NCBI GenBank assembly: GCA_030704615.1
Contig: CM060734.1
Coordinates: forward strand, 55,490,001 to 55,554,000
Direction of reading: 5' to 3'
Source of the DNA: Takakia lepidozioides
Lineage: Eukaryota; Plantae; Bryophyta
DNA: 64,000 nucleotides
This document shows positions 36,701 through 48,199 of this stretch, piece after piece. The notes below the pieces were generated by a model, which worked only from the letters and a program-made list of their open reading frames with translations, was not told the origin of the DNA and did no database searches. Position 1 is the first letter of the stretch; each line of letters starts with the position of its first letter. Position numbers and translations under genes: made by a program.

Positions 36701-37882
36701 TCGCCCCTGTTTCCTGCGCGTTGTCGTCTCCTTGGTGAGGATGAAATGGGCCATTTTACTAAACCTATCTACCACCACCATGATTGCATCGAATCCTTTT
36801 GACAGCGGCATAGCAGTCATGAAATCCATCGAGACGCTTTCTCAAGTCTCCTCTGGAATCGGCAAGGGTTGTAACAGCCCCGCTTGCTTTTTGTATTCGC
36901 TCCGGTTTTGTTGGCATGTGGTGCATGTTTTGACATACTCCTCTGCCTCATCCCTCAGTTTGGGCCAGAAATATTCTTTCTTCAGAGTGCCGCAGTGCGC
37001 TTGGCTCCGCCGTGGCCCGCAAGCGGGCTATCATGGCATTCTCTCAAGAGCTATCTCTGATCCCTCCCTTCGCCACGTAGAGACACTTTTGCTTATACCG
37101 GAGCAGTCCATTTTGCAAGTAGAACTGCGATTTAACCCCCATCCTCAAGTCCTGCATCACGGAATTCGCTAGCTCATCCTTCCGGCAAGCCTTCCGGATC
37201 TTCTTTTGGAGCGTCGTCTCGCCCCTATACACCAACAAGAGCTGCTGCTTTCTACTTAAAGCATCGGCCACCACGTTGTCCCGTCCCGTTTGTACTGGAT
37301 ATCCACGTCGAACACCGCCAAAGTATCTTGCTACCTAAGTGTTTGGGGACAACTTGGGCTGCGTGGCAAAATAACTTCACCATGACATTGTCCGTGAACA
37401 CCTTCACTGGGTTGGAACCACATAGTGGCGTAAAGCTCAAGACAGTGCACCACCGCCTTCGTCTCTTTCTCGTGCGTTGGCCACCGTCGCTCCACTTCAT
37501 TCAGTTTCTTACTTTCGTAAGCTACTGGGCGTCCATCTTGCATCAGTACACCCCCAATCGCGAAGTCCGACACATCTGTATGAATCTCGAACGGACGATC
37601 GAACTCCGGGATTTTCAAGAGTGGAGCTTCCGCCATCCGCTGCTTCAATTCAGCAAAAGCTTGGCCACAAAAGGTGTTCCATGCCCAGACTTTGGATTTA
37701 CACAGAAGGTCTGACAGCGGCCCCGCAATCTTGGCGAAATTTCTCACATACTTCCGGTAATAGGAGGCGAGTCCTAGGAAGGATCGCACTCCCGGGACCG
37801 AAGTCGGAGGCTCCCAGTCCAAGATTGCCCTCACCTTCCTGTCATCCATTCTGATCCCATCCTGTGTAATCACATGCCCCAG
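33714..37882 (-). mobile_element. Degenerate 5'-truncated chromovirus (RT end, RNase H, integrase, chromodomain, PPT, ~1.6-kb LTR)
   Basis: LGHVITQDG, FLGLASYYRKYV, HTDVSDFAIGGVL, VADALSRK, IVSDRDPKF; PPT GTGGGGGAGGAAGGGAAA ~35351-35368; LTR ~33714-35350. Confidence 0.88.
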
Positions 37883-39681
37883 GTTGAGGCCCAACGCATG
37901 GCGGGGGAAGCTTACAAACTTGCTGAGGGGCCAAAGAGTCAAGAGGGCCTTGAAGATACAATGAGACAGGCTGGATTGAAAGCAAGGGAGCAACACAAGA
38001 GTCAGCTTGTGAAGTTGCTTCCTATTGCTGATCCAACCCTTGGAGAGGGGTTTCTCCAAGAACTAAAACTGCATTGGTCACGTGTAAAGGCAGGATCAGA
38101 GGAAATGACCCAAGAGAAAATGGTGAACATTGCTACCGCCCGGGTGGATCCTGAAGAAAAGGTGGAATGGCTACATATATGGAATGGAGACCAAACACTT
38201 CACGACCGTAATTTTTTTCCACCCGGGCCTATCAATGGGCCAACACTTGATCCTTGGCTGAATAGAAGGACTTTTTGGTGGCAGGTACATATACAATCAC
38301 TATCTTCTCAATGCAATTAATTCATTTTGTTGATGACACATTAACATAGTTATTTAACTGACTGTATTTTCTGGCAGCTTCGCAAGGTTGCCTTGGCTCA
38401 GTTTGCCTTGTACACCACTCAGCTTGGCCAATTTCATGTTGCCTTGGAGGAAGGAGAGAGTGAGAGTCTGGGAGACTACATGGATACATGGAAGATGACT
38501 CATTTCAATGAGTTGTTTCATAGAGAGTTCTCATTGCCAAAGGGGCCATTCAGAGGCAATGATTGGGAACAACAAACAGGTGGGGAGAAGGTGGTGAGAC
38601 GGATTTTATTCAGGTACCATCTTTCCATTGCATTGTACATGGATAGTGTATACACCTTGTAAGTCAAAAATGTCTATGCTTCAAGTATTATTCTAGTACA
38701 TTGGGATATACATGTTTCTTAATGTGCTTGTTCAATTGTTGAACAAGTTGCATAAATATTTGTCTCCACAATAACTTTGAATGTGTTTGTATTTTAGGTA
38801 CATGAGATTTGTGCTTGTACCGAGTGATCGACTTAAGGCTGAGCCCAAGTTTCTGATGGCCTGGAAGTTTGGTGCTCAACAAGCTTCCATGTACACACCT
38901 ACAATTGAGGAAGATTGGGGTGTGGAACACCGGAAAGGGGGGGGTTGGTATTTGGATATGCCCAAGGGTACTATCCCCTATGCAGAAATGGGACTTCATA
39001 AGAATGTGTTCGCAGGCAGTCAGTGAGTGATGAAGGGGGTATCTCCACTGAAGTCCCTGTTCTTGATCTGGAGCATGCAGAACAGATTGCTACACAGGCC
39101 GCTGACGCTGTAGCCCAAGTGGTCCCTGCCGTTGTGGGTGTACCAAAACGCAAATCACGAAAAAGAAAAGGTGCGGATGTCAATGCAGGTGTGGCTTCTA
39201 TTGCTGGTCCTATTGGTAGTTCTTCACATCCTTCAAATCAGTTGGTTGTAGTGCCTGCACCTACTACTCGAGGAAACAAGCCAAAGGCAGGCGAACATCC
39301 TTACAGTGCAGTGTCATTTTCTGGTGGTGCACCTAGCATGTATCGCATGAAGATCATGCCTACTCATTTCATTGATATGGTGGAGGCCTCAAGTACATCT
39401 CCTGATGCGACCTTAAAAGAGCTCATGGAGTTCTTAAAAAATGTGAGTTTCCCCCAACAAACAAACTTGAATGTAAGGAATTCTTCGATGTTTTTATATC
39501 CTCATCATCCGGCTATTGACTCCTACATCTTTCCAATGATCTCTTGTTTGACCGAAGAGCAGCTATTGTTGGACAATCCGTGGATAGGTTGCGTAGAGTT
39601 GAGGCTTTCATGGATGTGTATGCCTCTGAATCACAGGCTTATGACACAGATGATGAAGTATCAGCTGATGATGTTATGTAG
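37883..39681 (+). pseudogene. Orphan spliced gene (5' end lost), next to the MULE transposase
   Basis: Four exons join in frame over GT-AG introns 38285-38377, 38614-38797 and 39443-39636; one frame break near 39024; basic KRKSRKRK NLS-like motif and acidic tail. Confidence 0.65.
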
Positions 39682-42551
39682 GTAATTAGAAATTACATAT
39701 ACAATACATTGTCCTCATTGTCAGTCCGAATTTTTTGTTATTTTTTATGATACATGTATTTCTCTCTAGTGTAAGGTAAAACAAATGGGGCAAATGACAT
39801 GGTGTTGAAATCAGATTTCATGTTATCTTCCTGTCATTTGATTTATCTATGTAATAGTTTGTACATAGATCTCTACTGCATTTCATAGATCCCTTTACCT
39901 TAATGCAAGTTCGACATGCACTTCAGCACTATCAAATTTCATCATTAGTAAGATCAACCCTTATGAGTATTGTGGCATGTTATGTACACACAGGGTGACT
40001 ATCTTTATCTCATTAGTGTTTCATTTCATTAGTGTTTCAAGTCTGAATGGGTAGTGTAGTGGTATGAACTAGGCTTGATACCCGATAGGTTGTGTTCTAT
40101 CTCTGATGGACATTATGTTTTTGTAAAATAAAAATGTTTCAGAAGATAGATATATAGATACTGCAAAACCTATGTAACAAAGCTCTCTAACATTGTCAAG
40201 CTCCCTAGCATTCCCTTAGCATTGCTCCATTCTGAACTTCAAACTAGACTCCCACCATTGGAAGAGCCCGTACCTTCACCATTTGTATCTAACAAGGAGC
40301 CGTGCCTCGTCACTTTTTAATTTTTCGACCTTTTTTCTCATGTTGGAAAGCCATAAAAGCAACATGTTCATCTTCCATTCCTACACTCACCCATGTGGAA
40401 TAATAATACAATGAATATGGAATATTATATATAGAATATTCTTATTCCATCCTTTGATATTTTGACTATGGACCCTAAGATTAGATGAATCACATTTTTT
40501 ACTTTTTTTTGGGTACCCTTATTTAAGTGTTGTGCATATAAAATTGTTCCTATGCATATCTAAAATTTGTATGCACGCATACATTCCTCCATATGCATGC
40601 ATTTGTATGCGCATATAGTATAGGCTACCTCAGAGTATTTTCCGATCGATACTCTACCTGAATCTACAGTATGGTCTTCAAATCTTTGATTGGCGGTACC
40701 ACCTTTCCACTTCTCTATCTGTTCAACCTCAAACAAAGAAAATGCATTGCAAAACAATATGACTGAATATGCCGACCCTCACTCTCTCTTCAAACACATA
40801 GGTACATAAATCTCATGAGGAGAATCAAATGGCGTTAACGACGTTCGCAATTCAGTAGCCTTCAATCACATGTTCCTGCTTAAGAAGGGAAGAGGAAGGA
40901 CTGCTTGAAAGGCAATCAGACAGACTGTATGATCTGAACAACAGTGAATGACGGTACCGTCAGTCACCCACTCATTGTGCGGAAAACTCTTAACAGAGGA
41001 GTAGAAAGCAAATCATTGTTGTTTCATGGTGATGGTCGGTAGCGACAATCCCTTTCTGGGACATTCCACTCAATCTCTACGCAGATCTTCAACAATGAAA
41101 TGGAAGTTAGAGAAAACTTACTGGCGCCTTCTTAGGTTTTGAAATTGGATCCCCTTCTGCAGCTTTCCTCTTCCCTCTCACATCTGCTGGAATTTTTGTC
41201 TGCTCTAGGGTTTCTAGACCTTCTCCCGTTTCAGCGTTCCCCATACTTCCACCTCCTTCAGTTTCCCTGTGAGTCATCTCTGCATCCACAGGCTGGTTTC
41301 CAACGCGCACTGTTATCGCCGACTGTGTCACAGCCGCTGCCTCAGTCTCGGTCTGCTCTTGTGAATCAGTCTCCGCGTTGGCCCTGTGTTCTCCAACAAA
41401 CGACGCCTCGTCATTTGCTCTCTTGTTCTGCGTCTCTCTCTAAGAGAAGTAAAATAAAGAGACTTTCTTCTCTTTCGTATTGTAGAAGGAACCCTCTCCA
41501 GCTTGACTACCACTCTCCCTCTAAGCGCGAAAAGTAAAAAAACGAAGTGACTCCTGATTTCTTGCGGGATTGCGTGCGTTGTGGCTTGTCTCTAGAAGCA
41601 TCGGATTCCCTCTCGCGTGACCGTTACACATAGTCATTCCCTTATTAGTGCACATGCCAGCAATTAGTGTACAGTTGTTCGTATTCAATATAGTTATCGA
41701 TGTCTGACGTGTGTCGCCCAAAATAAACTGTGTGTTCTTTATTAGAACGGTTTCAATATTTAAAAATAATAGCGAATCCCAGAAATCTTGGCGCACAGTC
41801 TTAGACAAATATATGTAAATGAACGAGAGTTTGATGACAAATTTTGGGATATCATACACGTTCATCCTTGTTAGCCAACCCCACGTTTGTTTCACATTTT
41901 GAACTTTCCAGGTGCGCATGATCATTGGTAGTAGTATAAAGATGCATGTACTTAATCTGCAATCCCACCCTCAGATCCTGTGGCATGCTTCCAGGAAGTC
42001 GGCTTGTTATTGTGTTTATTGATGAGGTTCTGATTAACGGTTTAACAGCTGCCGACATTGCTCCTAGGGATACTCTGACCACAGGGCCCACAAAAAAGTA
42101 ATTAAAATGGACGGCTGCATATCTGGAAGGAATAACAGAATATGCACAGTCGTCGTCTGAGCTTCCTCCGCCATATTCTCTGCTCATTCTTCAACTGTGT
42201 TCTGGAGACATCAGTAAACCGATTTACACTGAAGGTCTGCGATAGCAAGGTATCAACATACGCGAGGAAGGAAGATGACTTCCTCTGAAGCAGAGTTCTT
42301 CTCTGACGACAAACCAGTGCCGTTCTCCTAGGAAGTCCTTGACAATGGATTTGCAATTGTTTTGGAACATGTCTTGGCTACCCGTTTTCAACTTCAGAAT
42401 GGCTCCATCTTTTTGGAGAAAGAGGTGTACGATTTGAAAGGGAAGTTGTTGAAATACTCTTTCCAAAACCGTGATGAGACGGCTCATGTCAGCCAGTGGA
42501 GAGTGCACCCTGGTCGATACAGAGTACTTGGAGAGCCTCGGCGAAAGTCCC

Positions 42552-43504
42552 TGTCGCGCGGCTTTTACTCACCCATCCCTTCGCTATTCGAGGCGGAAAC
42601 TCCAAGATAGAAGAGTTGGAAATCTCTAAGTACTCAGCCCGCGCAGAACAATCAGTCATGACCTACAGCTAGTGTATCATGGGGGTGTTTCCTATTTGTT
42701 TCCCTTTTGGTATTCATGTTAGCTATCTTACCATTGATAATTAAGTATCAGTTTGCTTTATCAATCTATTGGATTCCATCAGCTCATCCATTCATTTCAC
42801 AGCTTCACTCAGATCTCTCTACACAGTGTGATTGTATCGTAAAAGTATCCGATTATGATTTATCAGGTATCAGGCCGAAGCCATTGTGTCTCTAATCTGC
42901 TCTACAATATCATTACAGCCTTGCATATATCAAGCATCTACTCATCATCTCTCTATCTTCACTTCCGTTCTTCATCTCTGCCCGATCCCCTCCCTTCATG
43001 ACCAAGAAGTCCTCTCCGAATGATCCCTCAATTCCCCGTTTCTCCCTTTATCTTCCTATCCGCGGTTCTAACCGTTTCCCTCACTAACCGTCGTCTGTGA
43101 ACTAACATGTTCCCTTCGCAGGTGTTGTTCCCCACAGTCGTTCCCTGTCCTACTCTTCGTTCCCTATGATCGTGACAGCTGTGTCAAGCTGTGACTGGCT
43201 GTGTGAAACTGTGACGGGCTGTGACTGGCTGTGCGACTGTGTTTGGCTGTGTCGGGCTGTGACTGGCTGTGTGGCGGTGCCAGGCTGTGTCGGCTGTGTC
43301 GGCTGTGTCTGCTGTGACGACTGTGACGGGCTGTGTTGGCTGTGTCGGCTGTGACGACTGTGACGACTGTGACGGGCTGTGTAACCCCCCTCTACAGTGC
43401 GCTGCTGTCACCCCTAAGGCTCCTGTTGGTCTCAGTCTGTGCAAAAATTAAGGGTACCCTACAGATCCCGTATAAGTGTCTAAGTCCCCGACAATCCTCT
43501 AACA
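42552..43504 (-). repeat. 3' LTR (953 bp)
   Basis: TGTTAG...GCGACA on the minus strand, preceded by PPT GAGGGGGGAAGGGGTAA (43505-43521); CTGTG-rich microrepeats 43170-43385. Confidence 0.96.
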
Positions 43505-43535
43505 TTACCCCTTCCCCCCTCAAAAAGCCGTGTCC

Positions 43536-46500
43536 TCACGGTTTACTGATTCGACTAGCAAACCTTTGTGAGTCTTGACGTTGAGAGTTTCGTGGCGGAC
43601 TGTGTGTACGAGCCCGAGGTCTGTCTCTGGTTGACGGAGATGGTTGATCACTACCTGGATAAGTGAGGCCCTCTGGAGGCTGATATCGAGGTAACCTTTC
43701 CGGCATAGGAGACCCCCGTCGCTTCTTCTCTGCCATCTGAATTGCATAGTCTTCTCCCATGTCAAAAGAATTCGGTGAAGAAACAGTTGTATCAGAATCC
43801 TCATCGCCTCTTAGGTGTTTTAATTTTCGAACTTTTTGTGGAATCATCTGGGGCATACAATGTTGTCCTACCATGTCTGGAAGTTTGTATTTTACAACTT
43901 GGTGTAACCGCTGAACAGCAAAATTGGTGTAGACACTGAGCTCCTTGTCGGTCCAGGTGAGTGGGGTACCAATTACTGGTGCAGCGTGCAAGTACTTCCA
44001 TGCCACATGTCCCTTATAGAAAATGTCATCAATGCCGAATTTCTGTGTTGACAAATGGTTCCAGGCCGCTTGAAACCATGAACGAATTTGAGAATCCTTT
44101 TGCATCATAACTTTTGAGTTATAGGTACATATGAGGTGGCACCGAAGGTAATACCCAATGATCTCCACTGGAATAACTCAGAAAGCGTGTTTGCATCTTT
44201 TGTTGCTCAATGTGGTAACGTACCAGAAAACAAGCAGCGTAGTATAACCCGCACCCCATGACAATACTTGCTATCTCCTTGGTCTTGGTATAAATGAGTC
44301 CATGTACAACCTGGAAAGCAATCAATTCCCTCAACATGGTACCTGCTTCGTGCCAGTATTGTGCAAAGTGATGATCTTCAATATGTCGATTGTTCGGAAG
44401 AACTTTAGTCCTAGTTGCCACTGGCAGCCATTTACGCATGATTTGGTAGTAATGTGCGAATGACTGCGGAGGACTAAATTCTTTCCAAGCCAAATCCAAC
44501 ATGATGGGAATTTGGTTGAAGGGCATAATCATAGCCCTACTGTACTCCCTGGCAGCTGGAGTTTTAGGTGGGTTAAAAGCGGCATTGCCCCATACCTCCG
44601 GCTGTGGTGGCTGTGGTGTGGTTGTAGTAACCACAGGTTCAGCTACTGGTACAGTGACTTGTTGTGGTGGTGGTGGTACTGGCTCTTGTATCATTGGCAT
44701 CTCCTGCACCTCCTGTGAAGACTGAAAAGCCAAAGTTCTGGCTTGTAAATAAGAAGCCATTAGCTGTTCCTGAGGGATATAGACTCTTTGGTCGATGTTT
44801 GAAGTGAGGTCTTCCACTTGAGTCTGGAGTCCGTCTACATCCTCTTGTAACTCTGCTATCCTACTATAGACATTGTCTATAGTAGTTGTGGCAATGTTCT
44901 GCATCTGCAGCCTGAGCTCATTCATCTCGCTTTGGGTGAGCTTCCGTGGTGCTTTGCCCTCTACTGGCCCTTGTGCTAACCAGACCTGCATAAGGCTGTT
45001 ATCCACCAAGTTGCTTGTGGTTCCCCTGAGAGTTTGCTCCTCTCTTAGCTTGTACAATTCCAACTGCTGTTGTAAAGCCTCCATGCGCTTCGCCTGAGGT
45101 TCAACCAATTGCGCATAAGCAGCAAGTAGATTATTGGCTTCCTTCCAAGCCTTGTTATTGACCGCGATTTCATTTCTATTGGCCATGATGGTTTGTTGCA
45201 ACTCCACGATGTGCTTCTCTTGATCAGCTTCAATCTGCCTGTATTGCTTGAAAGTATCTTCATTGCGACAGATTGTATTCTTCATATCGACAATGAGCTT
45301 CATTTGCTCAACATACTCTTCTTCTGCCTTCGTACATTTTTCCGCTTGACTATTTATTTCTTTTATAGATTGGTCAAGCATAGTTGTAAATGTAGCACAT
45401 TGTATCGCCATCCTGTCATGCACTGTCTGCAACTCCGTATATAGTGCATGCATTTCTTGCAACTTGCTTTCATGCTGCACCTGCATTTGGTATAGCTGTT
45501 GCTTATGTGCTTCGTGCAACTGGTCTTGCACGAGGCCTGCCTCAACCAATTGTTTCTTGGTCAATTGCAAAGCCATTTCTGTATTTCCCAAGTCCTGCTG
45601 CATCTTGAGAGTGACCTCTTCATCGACCTTGTTTGCACACTCAGTGGCTAGTCGAGCCTCAAACTCCTTCCTGAGTTCCTCTCTCAAGGCTGTCAATTGG
45701 GTAATTGGAACATGGGATTTGACATAAGTCCCCAACAAATTAAGTGTCCTGCCTATGGAACTCATCAGCATTGCCTGTTGAGGGTCATCATGGTGAGGTT
45801 GCTGCTGTTCCTCCTGATCTTCAACAGTGTGATCTCTCACTAACCATTCAGGCCATTGTCCCACCGGATTTTCTTCCTGAACTACTTCCTCTATCACCGG
45901 TGCTACAGTGTCATGACCTTCCGCCTGTGGTACCTCCGACACAGGTGTGTGTATTATATGCACCTCAGGATTTCCCTTGGGCAACTGTTGCACCTCTGGG
46001 ATTTCTGTCTCCTTGACCAGACCAGAATATTCATAGAGAAGGTCCCCCTTCTCTATTTCTGCCACTATCTGTTCTGTAGTTGGAATATCTAACCCTTCTC
46101 TTTCCAAATCAATTATTTCTGGTTGAGCTGCATGGATAACTTGTGTCCTTGTGACAAGTCGTTCAGGTGGCTGTGATGGTTGTGATGCAGAAGTAACTTC
46201 CTCCTCCCTCTCTGAAGGTCCTGCTTCCAGTAATAGCATTTCTCTGTGCTGCTGTGCCCCTTCCTGGCCATGAGCTTGGGAAACATTATCATGCGGAATC
46301 CGTGAAGCCAGTGGATTCGCCACCACAGTCTTTCCCCGTCTCTGCCTCTTAGTCTCAGGTTGCCTTGCTAGTCCACCCTCACTGTGTGAAGAGCCTTGCT
46401 CTTCCATTGCAGTTGTTGCTGGCTCAAACACTCCCATTTCCTTTCTTTCTTGCGCATTAAGTATGCCAGAATCAAGGATTATTTGAGCAATGATTGGGCC

Positions 46501-47376
46501 AGACACTATGATAGGAGACTTTGCGGTAGTACCTTGTAATCTTTTCATCTCCTCTACCAGTGCGTTGTACATTATGTCCGCCCATTGTACCTCTCGTCCC
46601 TTCAGGCCTTTGAGTATTTCCTCCGTGAAGGATCTGCTCAAATACTGTTGGTTCTGTTTCATGGCAATCAGAACGTTCAATACCTGGCCTACCTCTTTTA
46701 ACCCTGGGTACACAGCCTTGGTACAAGCATAATCCTGAGTTTTAAAGAAACTCTCTTCTTGGAATAAGTCCTCTATTTGCAGTCTTGCCCTGTGTTGCTC
46801 CACATGCACCTGACCTGCTGGCAATCGAAACAATTGCTGGAGGTATAGGGGAGTAATCATTAATTCAACTCCCTTCACCGTTGTTGTTCCTGTCCTTGGC
46901 TCAAAGTTCTGCAAAAATTGTAACATGTACTGTCTATGGTGTAGTGTCCAATCTAGGCTTTGCAATCCTTGCAATCTCAGCTCCTCCAGTATCTGTATCG
47001 CCTGTGGGGTAGCAATCGTTTGTTTCTGCAGAATTGTGGTGCTCTTCACCCTGATTTCCTCCATTCCTCTCACTCTCTTCATTTTAGACTCACAGAACTG
47101 TTTTGGCTGTAACAACTGCAGGAATGCCTGTAGTGCACAAAGCATAAACGTATGGTTGTCGCAGAAAGCTATGGGTAATTTCTTGTAAGCCTGCGGGGCT
47201 TGCAAGCATCGCTCAAGAGAAAAGCTCCGCTCTGTCCTTTCGTGTCTATGCCACTGCGTAAGTAATATTGCGAGCTTATAGTCTGTTAGTTCCTCCATAG
47301 TTTCCAAGGTATAGCATTGATGGTCTGTCCTGTCGAGACGCCCGTTACTCAGAACGACGCCGCCTCTTGCGCTCAA
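43536..47376 (-). CDS. 3' extra ORF (env-position), ~1270 aa with one frameshift near 44160; Transposase_32-like N-terminus plus long coiled coil
   Basis: 1085-aa and 210-aa overlapping ORFs between integrase and PPT; LQFLQNF...VKGVELMITPLYLQQLFRLP and VQWADIMYNAL...GPIIAQII resemble plant retrotransposon extra-ORF motifs; Q/E heptads. Confidence 0.75.
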
Positions 47377-47769
47377 TTTCCCTCCATTTTCTTGATCCTT
47401 TCTCTGGTTTTCTATTGGCTGTATCCGCTGTGACTGGATTTTAGATTTTTATCTTCTTTAGTGGACTTTCCCTGTTGGATAGTCCACTAGGATCACACAT
47501 GTGACAAGAATTCCGCTTTTCTGTACTTGCCGTTCGTTCCGTTTCCCTTTTTCCGTACTCATTAATGGGCCCGCCTTTCATCCCTTTTGTACAGCCGTTC
47601 TTGTCCTCTTTCTTTTTGACACCTGTTCTTGCACTTCCTTCTCGGCTGTGTGTCGCGCCCTGACCTCCACGTGTCTATTTTTAAAGTAATTTCCGTTTCC
47701 TCTTCCGTCAGCCATTTTCCTGAAGTTATTATGCGTCCACTTGTCACTGGTTCTATGGATCGTGTAACT

Positions 47770-48085
47770 TTAGTAGGCTGCGTTGAGCTGTGACAGGCTG
47801 TGTCATACTGTGTTACGCTGTGGTAGGCTGTGATGCACTGTGGTAAGCTGTGATAGGCTGTGACACGCTGTGGTAGGTTGTGATAGGCTATGTTGCGCCG
47901 TGCTGGGCTGTGATATGCTGTGTCACGTCGTGAGGGATGTTGTGACTGGATAGGCTGTGTTGCGCTGTGCTGGGCTGTGATAGGCTGTGTCACGTTGTGA
48001 TGGGCTGTGATAGGCTGTGTCACATCGTGATGGGCTGTGATAGGCTGTGCTTTGCCTTGATGGGCTGTGATAGGATGTGTCACGT
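47770..48085 (+). repeat. 30-bp tandem repeat after integrase
   Basis: GTGATGGGCTGTGATAGGCTGTGTCAC units; shares the CTGTG core with the LTR repeats. Confidence 0.9.
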
Positions 48086-48199
48086 TTGTTTTGCCCACCC
48101 TGGTCATATATGCTGGGCCTAGCGACAAGTGTTCCATACTCCGTTCGTAACACTGGTGCAGCCCGTGACTGCTCTTGCGGTTCAATATGCAAATCAGGC

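Noticed and set aside
39051-39060. Alternative GTCCC-TG left boundary for the LTR element
   Set aside because: Only 42547-42551 abuts the LTR and restores the host reading frame
40790-42360. 5' exons of the MULE transposase
   Set aside because: Coding-like but too many stops to reconstruct without homologues
43184-43578. Cys/Thr-rich small ORFs (also 55151-55393 and 47562-48224)
   Set aside because: Translations of CTGTG microrepeats in LTRs or spacer
43536-47376. True envelope glycoprotein or host myosin-like gene
   Set aside because: No evident signal peptide or TM anchor; lies between integrase and PPT of a TSD-bounded element
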